DNA of 62,948 bases, filler included, from Stramenopiles sp. TOSAG23-6 (taxonomy: Eukaryota): the NCBI GenBank assembly GCA_900128565.1. It is 7 parts of 7 records of this genome, joined end to end, with 100 filler letters (N's around TTAATTAATTAA, not from the genome) between each part and the next. Parts side by side here need not be neighbours in the genome. Positions count along the whole stretch, not along the records: positions 30,897 to 41,079 come from LT636332.1; positions 41,180 to 51,325 come from LT636333.1; 5 more parts are not named here. One strand, 5' to 3'. The translations under genes and the position numbers were made by a program. Below the pieces are notes generated by a model, which saw nothing but the letters and a program-made list of their open reading frames with translations, was not told the DNA's origin and did no database searches. The first letter of the stretch is position 1. Each line of letters starts with the position of its first letter. Shown in pieces: positions 34,573 through 47,657 of this stretch.

Positions 34573-37500
34573 ATGTTCTCAAAGAGTACTGCAAACGACG
34601 TCACGAAAACTTCTAGATTAATAACAATAGAAGAAGATTTTAGAAGTCACGAGGAAGACGTCAGCAGTGTACTGGCAAGTATCACTGATCCAAATATACT
34701 TCGCAGTGTGTGTGTATCTTTATNTACCCAATATCAAGTCCCTATTTGTGTCCTTCGAAGTTTGATTAAACGGGGTATATCTTCCACAAGTTCTACTTTT
34801 CCTAGTTTTGTTGAGAAAGTTCTTCCAACAGAAGATAATGATAATAATAATGATAATAATAATGATAATAATAGGAGTGACCAATCAAAGAGCCTTTTAC
34901 AAAACATTTCATGTAAANCTCNTGAAGGTTCTCCTTTTTGCAACGACAGAAATGAAAATTCTGTTTTGTCTGTTTCCTTAGTAGAAAAAANAANAGAAAA
35001 AAAAAACGAAAGAAATGTCGTTTACTCCGACTTCACTAAAAAAAAAACAATCAATTGACTTTCTCGACTGTCTGAAAGAAACTCCTGAAATCATTCGTTT
35101 ATTTCATGTATGGAGTATGGGTGAACCTAGAATGACGATGAATCGACTNAGAGAATTTTATCATACCATACAAATGGAAACAATTGACATTTCAACGCTT
35201 TCACTCTCAACAAAAGAACGGAAACAAGGTATAAAAATTATGCGTTTCATCTTGCTACTTATCAATAGTACTATCAATTGTGCATTTGAGCCGTCTCATA
35301 GACACGTGTATCAGGATATGAATCAACCTTTAGCTCATTATTTTATATCTACAACTCATAACACATATTTAGAAGGAAATCAGTTGATTTCAAGATCATC
35401 TACTGATGCAATACGTAATGCTTTACTTGCAGGATATCGTGTCATTGAATTAGATTGTTGGGATGGAAATGCTAAACATTTTAAAAACAGCTCAAAATAT
35501 TCAGGCTATTCAGGACCCGTCGTCCGTCATGGTATTTCATTAAATAATTCAATTCCGTTTGAAATAGCTGTTGATGCAGTGTATGCTAATGCTTTTCTGA
35601 CGTCGAAATATCCTCTTATTCTTACTTTAGAAAATCATTGTACAATAGAAAATAGAATTATAATGGCAAAAATATTACGGTCTGTATTGGGATCTTTATT
35701 ATTTATTCCAACAAAAAACTGGATAAATAATCGAAAATTTTCCTCACCATTTTCCTTGAAACATAAAATAATACTACGAATGAAAGTTAATCGGACAATG
35801 CATTTTGAAAAATATGAAAAAAAAAATGTTGGAGGGTTAGGGTTAGGAGGTGTTATAACAGAGTATGGAAATGACACAATGGATAAAAATATTGAAACAA
35901 TTGAACATCTTACATCAGACAAAACATCTAAAAAAGTCGGACAACAAACAACAGAAATTNCTACAGATTCATTTTCAAATATACCAAGTAGCTCTATTCA
36001 GACAAATCATGGGGATAGTTGTACAACGACAACACTACCACCATCAAAATCATTACCAATAACAACAAATAATTCAAATCATGATACAATAGATAGTAGA
36101 CAAATGAATAAGCGATATAAAAATATTGAAGGTTGGTTATATAAAGGTACAGGTGTCAAAAAGAAATTTCGATATTTTGTATTGGATGGTACGACTTTGT
36201 TGTATTATAAAACAGAAATGTGTAAAATTATGAGTGGATATATTTGTCTAGGAAACGCTTCAATAGGAATTATTGATCATAATAATGTACTTAATAGGAC
36301 AAAGATAAATTCTGATATTGCTGTCAAATATTCTTCAAGTACACGAAATAATATAATTTCATCTAGGGTTAGGGGAATGACGACTAAACATTTGACCACT
36401 GAAAAATCTCTTACTTTCACGATAGATTCAATTCGACCTAAACGAAAGACTTATGTACGTTTTCAACATTGATTTTTTTTGATAGATTTTTTTTTTACTA
36501 AGAAACTAAAAAACTAAAAAAACTAAAAAACTAAAAAAAATATATATATATATTTTCACTATACATACTTTAAGTGCACAAAATGAGAAAATATTTTGGG
36601 AATGGATTGATCATATTGCATATACAATAGAGAATTCAATGAATTCCAATAACAAGTTCCTCAAAAATCAAAATTATAAGAAGCAACAAAAACAGGAAAT
36701 ATATAAACAAAAACAACAAAATCATCAACATTTTGATACATTGGAAGAAATACCAATTGTTCCTGAATTAGATGAACTTGCTGCTATTTGGAATGAACCT
36801 TTAAAAAAAGGTCAATTGAATGCAGCAGCAGGTTTGTCACATGCATCATCGTGTTCGTGGGATGAACTAAAATTAGGTAAAATGCGAAGAGCCAATAAAA
36901 AAGGTGTTTTACAATATGCAGAGCGACATTTATTGCGAGTATATCCTGCATTTTTTCGTGTCAATTCGTCTAATTTTAATCCCCAACGTACATTTTTATT
37001 ATTCATTTTAATTTTGCATTTTTTTTTTCATAGAAAATTCTTTATCTAACATTTGTTTTAACTATATAAACATATAATTTCAAAATACATGAATGTGGAC
37101 TTCTGGTGCTCAACTAGTTGCATTAAATCATCAAACAGCAGGGCCAATGACGTCATTAAATCGTGCGAAATTTGCTGATAATGGTGGTTGTGGATTTGTT
37201 TTAAAACCAGAATGGATGAGGAAATCTCCGATTGAATTACCTAAAAAAGGAAAACGAGGTCGTGAAGCATTGCCATGTTCTATTTATCAACGTACTTTAC
37301 GTCTACAGGTTTTAGGTGTTCAGTTGTTTCTTCCTGGATTTTTCAATGGTACAATTAAAACACAAAAAACACAAAATATGTCAAGTGTAGAGGACAATAA
37401 AAACAGAAACATATTGGCAACAACTTCAAAAGTATTTACTATTCAGGTTGAAGTTGTCAGTAAAAAACATGGAAGTTTTAAACAAAGTATTCGATGGGAC

Positions 37501-37914
37501 CGTAGAAAAAATCTAAAATTACCAATTTTAGAATTTCCATTAGCACAACAAGGGGATGGTATAGAAATTATACATATACGAATTTATGATGCGATGATAA
37601 GAGTGTTGACATCACCAAAGGTCATAGCTGATACGGCCATTACAATCGCTAATTTAAGACAAGGAATTCGTGTTCATAAGTTGTATGACATTCCCAATAC
37701 AAATAATAATTATAATAGTGAGTCATCAGAACAACAAACAGAAAAAATATGTGGTTCTATTTTATGTGCTTGTAATATTATTGATGAACAATGGAATGAA
37801 AAAGGAACAAAAAAAGATCCGAAAATTGAATTTCGTGTGTTATCAAATTGGGTTGCAGGAATGAGCACAGATACTGATGCTGATCGAGGATTTACTGAAA
37901 CTGATGATAAATAA
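34573..37914 (+). CDS. PLC: Phosphoinositide phospholipase C (X - PH - Y - C2-like); exons 34573-36454, 36567-36987, 37091-37914
   Basis: QDMNQPLAHYFISTTHNTYL, IELDCWDG, LENHC, RVYP..RVNSSNFNP..W..G.QLVALN.QT; frame break at Ns near 34990. Confidence 0.9.
36455..36566 (+). mobile_element. Diverged GT..AT intron (112 nt)
   Basis: GTACG...TACAT, phase 0; restores PH end RKTY|TLSAQNE..W.EWI. Confidence 0.85.
36988..37090 (+). mobile_element. Diverged GT..AT intron (103 nt)
   Basis: GTACA...TACAT, phase 1; restores NFNP-QRM-W spacing. Confidence 0.9.
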
Positions 37915-38030
37915 ATATTTTGTTTTCCTTTATGCAGTTTTTATTTTTTAACTTACTCCTTTTGAATCTACAAAAATGAAGTTGCGTTTTTTTTTTNCTT
38001 NATTNATTTTNTCCNGTAGTAATCTTTCTT

Positions 38031-40754
38031 TCATTTTTCTCCATTAATATTTGTCATAGATTTGACAATTTCTTCCCCTTTTTGCTTCACCAACATTTCA
38101 AATACTTTAAATATAGAATGACTCCAGTTGAGAGATTTTGCTTTTGTTAAAACATCTGAGACATTTGCTTTCACATTAGCTTTCGATGACAATGAAATTT
38201 CTGTGTATAGTTTCTGCATTTGTATAATAAATTCACTTCTATCCTTGTGATGAAACTTTCGTTTCAAACGTAAACTTTCAATGATTCTGTAGGCATTTCG
38301 ATATATAATTGGTTGTTTATCCTCTATGGACACCATACTCTCATCATTGTATCTATAGTGAAATGTCCACAATAATGAGTAATATTTATGATACATTACA
38401 TCAGTATTCAATTTGGATTGTAAAATGTCTACATCTTTGAGTAGCTTTTCAAGCATCGCCGCAGTTGTTCCATTTGCAAATTCAAGTTTTATCGTGATCT
38501 CCTGTTTTATCTTTAATATCTCTTTGAATGTAGTATCACACAATGTAGCTACATGTAATGCATATGGTCGACTATGAAGTAAAATAAGAGGATGTTCTTT
38601 ATAAAAGCTTTTCTGTACATGGTACATCATATCTAGCAAATGCAACAATTGAATTTCAAGAATTATTCGCCGTGCTGGTGATAAAGTAGCAAGATTTTCA
38701 TCCGCAAAATCAATTTTTTCTGATAGGGCAATATACTGTGTTAAAAACTTTTCATCTACATAAAAATTCAACAATAATTCCATCTCTTGCTCTGTGTATT
38801 TTTTCTCAGGTTGTACTATAGAAATTTTATGCGACATTTCCTTTTCAAGAGTAGCTAAACGACTCTTCCATAGATGAAGTTTAGTTTCAAGTTCTTTCTT
38901 TTTTATATCTCCCATTTCTTTCCCGTCTTTCTTTTTTATATCTTCCATTTCTTCCCCGTCCTTTATGTCGAACTGAAGGTCATAGATGTTATCTAAACAT
39001 TCGTACTTTTTGTATTCATATTGGTCTTGCACATCAAAAGCATCTGAAACTTCATTAACAATTGAGGTGACTTTTTCAATTATTTTGATTGCATAGTCTT
39101 GGGTGTTTCGTGCAATCATTACTTTCTGTCTTATTTCATCTAACTTTGCTTGCCTCTCTGCATCATTTTTACGCTTCACTTTTTGTTTCTGTCGTTTCCT
39201 CCGTTTTCGTGCTTTTTTTACTTCCTTTGCTTTTGCATCTGCTTCTGCCTTTGCAGCTAAATCTGTTTTTGATTTCTCAGCAGCCTCCGTTGCCCTACGA
39301 GCTGCTTCACGACGATCATTATAATCAAGATATACTGATTGAATTACACTCGCTGCTTTCCCCTGAGTTTTAATATGAGTTAATTTCGCACGATCTCTTT
39401 TACCACGATATATTGATTGAATATTTGTAGCTGCTGTGTTAAGGCGAGCTTCTTTCTTCAGAGTTTTAATATGAGTTACTTTCGCACGATCTCTTTTACC
39501 ACGATAAGAACTCTGTATTTTAGCAGCTGCTTTTATACGAGTTTTAAGTCGAGTTACTTTCGCACGATCTCTTTTACCACGATATAAAGATTGAATATTT
39601 GTCGCTTTATAACTTTGAGAAATTTCCTTTATATAATTGCATGATTTTAGAAGATTTTCAAGAGTATTACGCCGTAATGTAAAGTCATATGCAGCCTTTA
39701 TCGAAACATTCACTGCCGCTTCAGTGAAAATATCTTCCACTCCAATGAGTGATAATATATTATCCTCATTCTCCATTGAATTTCTTAATTTATCAAAACT
39801 TTCTTGAACGTTTTTTATACGAAATTGTTTTTCCCCAGCATTTACCAATTTATGAGTGAATGCAGGATCCTGAATGAAGAATCCGGATCCCCTGTGTTCA
39901 CTACGTTCACCACCGAGAGCGTGATGTGATAGATGTGGTTGTGGTAAAAAGTACATATATGAATTAATACCTATATACTTACTTTTCGTTCCATAGAACT
40001 CCAAAAAATGATATAGAATTTGTCCTAGGGTTTCATTCCTCGAATTCATAGAATGTTTTAACAAAACAGTATACATTGTCTCTAGAAAGAATCGCATCAT
40101 TAATACTAAAACATATGAACTCATAGTACCTTCAAACGGTACATTTAATTTCTCCTTACTTAAATACATTTTAAGTAATAGTAATATTTCTGCCGGGTGT
40201 TTTGAAGCATGTATTGAGAGCGTATTTTGTATTTGTCCTATTGTTTCAGTGTATCTTCTTGAATCATTGATTAGTGAGATATCCGCTTTCAGCCCATCTT
40301 TAAAAACAACTTCAAACTTATCCAAATATCCATGACTATTCGCAGTATGTATAGAATCAAGTGAGTTGAGGTGTTGTATCATATATTTTACACTTGGTGG
40401 GTTACGCCATCGACGTGTCCTATCAAAGTTCAAAACAAAATCAATATCAGAGACACCTGGAATAAAGAGACCATACGCTATTGAACCATATTCACTCAAA
40501 GTTATATCAGAGTATAACTTTTGTAATTCATCCTCAAGGAATGTTTTGTATTCGTGTAGATTATGCTTCGCAAGAAATTCAATTTGCCCTTTTTTGATTA
40601 TATATGCTGCACCAAGTAATGATGTCTCGACACTTGTTGGGATGTGTTGATGAACTTGATCTTGATTGGACTGCATAGCTTTACACATTTTGCACATGTA
40701 CGCAATGACTATCAATGTACGTAGAAAGCGCATCATTGAGTATTTTTTAATCAT
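38031..40754 (-). CDS. TRF4/TENT4-like nucleotidyltransferase with IQ motifs
   Basis: YGSIAYGLFIPGVSDID, DIS, GTMSSYVLVLM, FLEFYG, IQDP; IQSxYRGKRDR x3. Confidence 0.8.
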   Translation of the reverse strand: MIKKYSMMRFLRTLIVIAYMCKMCKAMQSNQDQVHQHIPTSVETSLLGAAYIIKKGQIEFLAKHNLHEYKTFLEDELQKLYSDITLSEYGSIAYGLFIPGVSDIDFVLNFDRTRRWRNPPSVKYMIQHLNSLDSIHTANSHGYLDKFEVVFKDGLKADISLINDSRRYTETIGQIQNTLSIHASKHPAEILLLLKMYLSKEKLNVPFEGTMSSYVLVLMMRFFLETMYTVLLKHSMNSRNETLGQILYHFLEFYGTKSKYIGINSYMYFLPQPHLSHHALGGERSEHRGSGFFIQDPAFTHKLVNAGEKQFRIKNVQESFDKLRNSMENEDNILSLIGVEDIFTEAAVNVSIKAAYDFTLRRNTLENLLKSCNYIKEISQSYKATNIQSLYRGKRDRAKVTRLKTRIKAAAKIQSSYRGKRDRAKVTHIKTLKKEARLNTAATNIQSIYRGKRDRAKLTHIKTQGKAASVIQSVYLDYNDRREAARRATEAAEKSKTDLAAKAEADAKAKEVKKARKRRKRQKQKVKRKNDAERQAKLDEIRQKVMIARNTQDYAIKIIEKVTSIVNEVSDAFDVQDQYEYKKYECLDNIYDLQFDIKDGEEMEDIKKKDGKEMGDIKKKELETKLHLWKSRLATLEKEMSHKISIVQPEKKYTEQEMELLLNFYVDEKFLTQYIALSEKIDFADENLATLSPARRIILEIQLLHLLDMMYHVQKSFYKEHPLILLHSRPYALHVATLCDTTFKEILKIKQEITIKLEFANGTTAAMLEKLLKDVDILQSKLNTDVMYHKYYSLLWTFHYRYNDESMVSIEDKQPIIYRNAYRIIESLRLKRKFHHKDRSEFIIQMQKLYTEISLSSKANVKANVSDVLTKAKSLNWSHSIFKVFEMLVKQKGEEIVKSMTNINGEK

Positions 40755-40798
40755 GTGCAGTAGTGTGGCCGATGTTTTGTGCTGACTCGTAACGAATA

Positions 40799-40827
40799 CC
40801 CGAAAGCCCGAAAGCCCGAAAGCCCGA
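40799..40827. repeat. (CCCGAAAG)n short tandem repeat just upstream of the NTase gene
   Basis: About 3.5 perfect copies. Confidence 0.8.
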
Positions 40828-41179
40828 TGATCGATATATCAGCTGACGTGAACTCAACACTGTACCATTTTTTTATACCTGAATCAGATGTGAAAAATCA
40901 AGATTCGTTTTTATAGGTACCCGGTACTATTGAAAAATAAACAAAGTAAGAAACAAAATTATCACTATAATTTTTAAATTTTATTATCCAACACACGGCA
41001 CTTGTTATCATTATACGCTTATAGGCACTGTGGGCTATAAAAACCTTAACTCTAATCTATGCTACTAGAACTTTCATCANNNNNNNNNNNNNNNNNNNNN
41101 NNNNNNNNNNNNNNNNNNNNNNNTTAATTAATTAANNNNNNNNNNNNNNNNNNNNNNNNNNNNNNNNNNNNNNNNNNNN

Positions 41180-42284
41180 TTTTGGACTAACATTGTCCCC
41201 TTGTCCTCTCGGTATTGGAACCATCATTGCCTTTGCCAACCCACTTTTAAAAGGTGATGGTTTAATCCCTAGTTTGCACCGGATTGTGCGTTTTAATAAA
41301 GATGTCATTATATAAGCAACACTTCCTTTTCGCGTTTCACTATCTGAGCAACAACGCTTTGTAATATCACATATACTTTGCAATGGGCCATGATCATCAG
41401 AACAACATATTTCAAATTTGAGTTTTACCGGAGTAGTTCTTTGTCCACTTTTTACTTGAACTACAATATATGTAGGTGGATTTTTAGGACCTAGTGCACG
41501 TCGGAGAGACGCCGTTGTTGCTCGTTCAAACACTGAACGTAGATGAGGAGTTAGTTGATCTTTGGATACTCCATTAAGGATGACAACAGATCTGGCAATA
41601 GGTGTTACTTTGACAAGTGTTTTTTTCTTTGTTTTATCATCAAGCATGGATTTCTTCGGAGAGCGAATATTTTGCACAGGGCGTAGTTTCGATGGTTTAG
41701 AACGAGTGCCTGTATTAATTGCAGATGGTTTATTCAATTTCGCAATGTTTCTATCGACCTTTTTAGGAGGTGGTAGAGGTGGAACCTTTGATGCTTTCTC
41801 TACTAAAAATTTTGGACTGACCTTTGATGCTTTCTCTACTGAATGAACATTTTGGACTAACATTGTCCCCTTGTCCTCTCGGTATTGGAACCATCATTGC
41901 CTTTGCCAACCCACTTTTAAAAGGTGATGGTTTAATCCCTAGTTTGCACCGGATTGTGCGTTTTAATAAAGATGTCATTATATAAGCAACACTTCCTTTT
42001 CGCGTTTCACTATCTGAGCAACAACGCTTTGTAATATCACATATACTTTGCAATGGGCCATGATCATCAGAACAACATATTTCAAATTTGAGTTTTACCG
42101 GAGTAGTTCTTTGTCCACTTTTTACTTGAACTACAATATATGTAGGTGGATTTTTAGGACCTAGTGCACGTCGGAGAGACGCCGTTGTTGCTCGTTCAAA
42201 CACTGAACGTAGATGAGGAGTTAGTTGATCTTTGGATACTCCATTAAGGATGACAACAGATCTGGCAATAGGTGTTACTTTGAC
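41180..42284. repeat. 435-bp direct duplication (41180-41614 = 41850-42284)
   Basis: Copies look identical by eye; at contig end. Confidence 0.85.
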
Positions 42285-44233
42285 GAGAGATTGAGTATCA
42301 ATTTTCTTTGTTGTAGATTCTACTGTCGATGTTGTTTTTGTACTATTTTTCTTCATTGGGGATTCTACTGTTAATATTTTTTTAATATCGTTTTTGTTTA
42401 TATTAGCTATGGGTATACTTGGTGATTGACTATCTACGTTTTTCTTCCGCACTGTATCCACTGTACCAAGATCATCATCAGATATCTGCCGAGTACTAGT
42501 ATCTTCAACATCCTCCCTCTTTGCTTCAGCAGAATTTAATATCACACTATTTAATTTTAGTTCATCACTCCCTTTAGATATTTCATCCATTGATACATCT
42601 TCATCTTCTTGAATATCAACAACATTTTCCATCTTTGTTTCATCACAATGTACTATCTCAGTATTTTCCATCTTTGTTTCATCACAATGTACTATCTCAG
42701 CATTTTCCATCTTTGTTTCATCACAATGTACCATCTCAATAGATGCTTCATCGTCAATAGTCTTTGTAGAGGGTTTAATATCACTTAACAAAGTTGTATC
42801 TTGATGCTCATTTGGAATCTTGGGTGGTAATCGCTTTTCATTCACGACATTTATATTTGTTTTATCTTTATCAGAAATTACATCTGGTATAAATTCAGCC
42901 AAGTCATCAGAATCAAAATCATCAAATGACCCATCAAAATCTTCAAATGACTTATTATCACTTTTCATTTCATCTACATTTTCTACTCTCGAAGCAGGTA
43001 TAACTGGCTTCTCCCAGCAAGACTTATGAGTATATATATTGTAATAATACAATTCACCTGATCGAGATATATTTGTCTTCCACCCCTTTGGCAAAGTTTT
43101 ATCTTCCTTTTCTTTCAACATTTTCTGAGTAACATCAACTTTCATTTCATCATTTGATTCGATCTCATTGTGATGACAATTTGGCTGTGGTATTTTTTTT
43201 ACTCGCCGTAGACGTTTGACTTTTACACGAACTTTTTCTTTTGCAAAAATTTGTTGACTACTTTGTTTATGATCTAGTCGAAGGTCTTCTCGATTTACTT
43301 TTTTAACTTTTCTGGCGGCAAATATATCAAACTCTCCACCTTCAAGTCCAGGATCAATTCGTAGGTCATATTTTTCACCACAACTACGGACTTTGGAAAT
43401 ACGAGCATGTATTGTGAATATATATTTTTTTTTACGAAAAAAAATCGTTAGGTACAAAATTTACTATGAAAAAAAAATTGAAATTTATCATGAAAACGTA
43501 TATCGACCCATTTACCTTGAAAAGGACCATCTTTAACTCTTACCTGAACGAAGTTGTTAACAACAAAATGGATCGGATCTTTTTTATGGCTAATGTCTTG
43601 ATTTCCTTCGAGATCGTTTGGATTAGAAAATGATTCTTTGATTTCATAAAGTCGTTCTTCATCGGTATAGTCATCGAATTCTTCATCAGTTGTAGGGTTA
43701 GGGTTATCGAATTCTTCATCAGTTTTTACTTCATCAGTTTTTACTTCATACTCCTGATTTGACTTTTTCAAAATTGAGTCATCTTGTAGAATGTCACCAC
43801 TAGCAGTATCTCCGGGATAAGAAAATACAAGTTGTTTTTCTGTGTCTTTTTTCAACATATTCATTAAATTTGAAACCTCCATATTTTTAACATTGATGTC
43901 ACCAATTGCAACCAGTTGCATACCAGCAAGAACTCCATGAGAATCCAGTATTTGTCCAGGATCTCTGGTCAAACCAATAACTTTTAAACCCGTGCGAGAC
44001 TTCTCGTTGAGTACTTCAAAGTTTACACCTAATCGGCCAGATGCTACAGTAACTTTTACAATATTATTATCAACGTTACCCCAAGCTGAGTCAGTATCTT
44101 CGATGTGTCGATTCATTTCTTTCTCAAATTTGTTGTCAAAGTCACTCCAACGAACACTTTCACTGTTACTCGCATCTTCTAAAAGTTCTGTACTGAGTGT
44201 ATTCACACGATCTGGCTTTTTCAGTTTCTCCAT
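41180..44233 (-). CDS. PDZ + Tudor-like + WW domain protein, 3' end unreliable (exon 44233-43502, then from 43406)
   Basis: GRLGV..GMQLVAIGD (PDZ), GKWVD|ARISKV..YDL, LPKGW..G.LYYYN..T..S.WEKP (WW). Confidence 0.72.
43407..43501 (-). mobile_element. Non-canonical AT..AT intron (95 nt)
   Basis: ATACGTTTTCAT...TACAT, phase 0 on both sides. Confidence 0.78.
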
Positions 44234-44572
44234 ATCTACGTCGAATAATAGTGATTGTTCAAGGAAAAAGAACCCGATGGTGGGTGTAATACGTATATGC
44301 GATAATAATAATATCAAGATACGCGAAAAAAACAGTTACGAATCAGCAAAATGTTACCCGGGACCGAATTTTTCATTGAATTTTTGAAATTTGAAAGAGA
44401 TGTACTTCTTACTGATATATTTAGTCGTGATAATTTAAATTATAACTTTCTTCAATGGAGCACAACCTGCGTCATTTTGGCATGTCACTGAGTATGTTAC
44501 TTTTGATATTATAATCTGAATTGGTCTTTATCCCTTTAGCACCTTTTTCTGAGTAGTCAAATTGTAAATATA

Positions 44573-47346
44573 ATGGCCGAAAATCCATCAAATCATGATA
44601 CTGCCACCAGTACTTCTCCTAGAAATCATTGTGTCGAAGTAGAAGAACTAAAAAGGCAACTTAAAGATATGAACTGCGAATTAGATTCTATATCAAATAT
44701 GATAGACTGTACTCTTGAAAAAAAAATGAGCATATCAAAAAAGCTTACTCAATTTAGTGAAGAACTCCGCCACCGCAGAGGTAAACAAAAAACAGCCAAA
44801 AACGAGTCTAATCAAATCAAAGATGAACAAGAATTGGAACCAAATGAGTCTGATCAAATCACGAAAAGGTCAGTGTCTACTAACAATAAAGGAACAAGAA
44901 TTTCACACATGAACAACTTATTGGATTCCAAACTGAAGCTCCTTTTTACAAGGTTTCTTGATTCATCAGTAAATGCAAATTATCGCACAATAAATAATAG
45001 AATGAAACTAGGGAAACTCGTCGAGGTAATCAATTGCAAAAATAAGTTTCGGGTGTATTTTAGTGAAGGTATGACTTTCTATATGTTGCTTTGCGAAGCA
45101 ATGAAATATTGGTCTATTCCTTTAGATGATGCACCGAGGTATACGCTACTAGACCAAAATGGTGGTTGTATGTATGTTTTATTTTTTTTAAATTCCAATT
45201 TTTGTTTCGTACGAAATTTTGTACCTAACAATCTTTTTTTTGAAATATTTTTCCAAAATACATTCATCTCCAGTTAAAAGTCCAGGGTTTTTGTAAAAGC
45301 ACATCAATGATGCCTCTTTTTTATCTTGTATATGTGACAATTCCAGAGGAAAATATCATTGAGGAGTTTGAACATATTTCTTATTTCAAACAAAATAAGG
45401 AAGAAAATATATTTTCAAATTTAAAAAAGCGGTCCATTTCGACTCCAAAAGAAATCATTATGAAGCATATAACAAAATGGTATTCAGTCATTGCTTCATT
45501 TTTCTTGGCTATTTTATTACTTACTACTATAGCTTTAGAAGATTCAAAGACACCTTTTGAAATACCAAATTTTCAATTTTTACTCAAGACTAAGGCATAT
45601 AACGATTTAAGTTTAGTAAATAATGATCTTGAAGAATACTCTCTTGAAAATTTATACCAAGTGATTGAAGGAATCACGCAATTAAATATTCAAGAATCTC
45701 ATTCATTTCTTCATAATTATTTCGGTATGACCACAACAATGGCATCACATGCTGTTTTACACCAAGTTCGCACACCACCATGGAGTGAAACGTGTTGTGT
45801 TTTAAGTGTCTCTACGGAATGCCAGTGCAATTATGTATCCAGTATATCCGCATCAAAAGATGTCTACGGAAAACAATATCCAAGTGAAGAGGGAAGTGTC
45901 GTGTGTATTACTCCAGGATATATTAGTGTCGTATCATTATATATGGTGTATTTAGGTTTAGAGGTGGCGGATGAAAATAATAAGTGTGGCTTTTTTTGGC
46001 AAAGTGCAAATGGACAATCTGAAAACTATTTCACGGGATTATTATCAAATTATCCATATGAGGGTTACAAGACTCTTCTGGGTCTGTCGAGCCCAGAAAA
46101 AGTTTTTGAGGATTTGAAAGAAAGACGTTGGTTAGACGATAGGTCAACATTTGTTTCAATCACATTTTATTACAAAGTTGATGGAACAGATTTTCTCTTT
46201 TCCAAAATATATACTTTTGAGAAGTTATCGAATGATATATTTATTCTACGAGTAAGAATATCCGAAAAAACAAAATATTTCCCAGAATATAGTCTTGCAA
46301 TTAATGTTATGATACTTTTGATTCATTTGTATATATATGGTAAAAAGATAATTAAAGATTGCCGTGTTCATAGAAATGCTGCAAGACAATACAACATTAA
46401 GGATTCGGATACTTATTTAAGACGAAAACTAGGCGGATTTTATGATATAATGAAGAAAAGTTCAATTTGGTATGATGCATGGTTTTGGATAGATACAATT
46501 TTCATTATAGTATTGATCATCGCTATCGTTCTTCATAGAAATGTTATACAGCAAAAAGATTTAAGTACGGACTTTTTTCAAAATGGAATAGACACTCCAA
46601 AATTTTCTCCCATTCTACTTCGAAACGGAATCAACAAAAATGCGCGACAATTACAAGCATTTGTCTGTTTCATAGGGTGTCTTAGATTAATGGATTTGTG
46701 TGCAGCAATCCCGGCTACAAGAGTTTTTATGATGACATTTTGGTCCGAAGCAAAACGAATATTGGCAGTATCTATGTGTTCAATGTTTATTTTAGTGATG
46801 ATATCGACATACGAAGTTGGTGCATACGGAACGAAGATTTTCCGAATATCAAGCTTGGCAAAAGCATTACTTTGGAATCTAAATCTCATGACCGGCGGAG
46901 CCTTCTCTGTTGCCAAGGAAATGGATTACGCGTCGCCTTGGGACTCACCAGCAACAGAACTTTTATTTCTAATATTTTTGGTTTTTTCAATTCAGTTTAT
47001 TATACCATGTTTCTTCTTTGTCATTTTGCGGATTGGATACAAAAAATCTAAAAAGATTTTGGAAAATATGTCAGAATATAGTCTGGCAGAAGTAACTTTT
47101 TCCTTCTCACATTTTTATCAGTCAATCAAATTAGCACAACAACAGGTAGAAGGCGCATTTGATCAAAATGAGACATTTTGCAAATCTCCCATTTATGTAA
47201 AAAGTGAAGATAAAAAGCAGAAAAAGTTTGACACCTACAAAGATAGTAATATCAAGAAAGAAGATGAAATATACGATACAGGAAAAAAAGAAACAAAATT
47301 GGACTATGAAAGTTTTGCATTTGATTTCAGAGATAAATTTGAATAA
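44573..47346 (+). CDS. Polycystin-2 (PKD2/TRPP)-like channel (exons 44573-45171, 45264-47346)
   Basis: LHQVR, YPYEGY, LKERRWLDDRSTFV polycystin-domain motifs followed by a multi-TM region. Confidence 0.72.
45172..45263 (+). mobile_element. Non-canonical GT..AT intron (92 nt)
   Basis: GTATG...TACAT, phase 2, joins ORFs 44573 and 45307 in frame. Confidence 0.82.
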
Positions 47347-47657
47347 ATCAATTTAAGGCCGATATATTTCAACATAATATAATATATATCAGATATTTGA
47401 ATGACTTTTTTTTATTAAATATAACGAAATCCGGGGAAATAAATCGTCAATTATTTTTTTTTTGAAAAGTGACAACTTCAGCCATCACAGAAACTTAGGA
47501 CTACGACTACGTAGAAGTTGAACTCTCTTTGCTTGAGATCTCTCTTCCTAAAAAAAATATTTTTCTCTTCCTATAGAGATTGATTTGTTGGAAATGTTCA
47601 TTGATAAAATGTAGAGTGTCATTGTCAAGTTTATTTTTAGGTAAAGCATTTTCAATA

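Noticed and set aside
41180-42284. 435-bp duplication as a real tandem domain
   Set aside because: Apparently identical copies at a contig end with a frameshift at the junction; likely an assembly artefact
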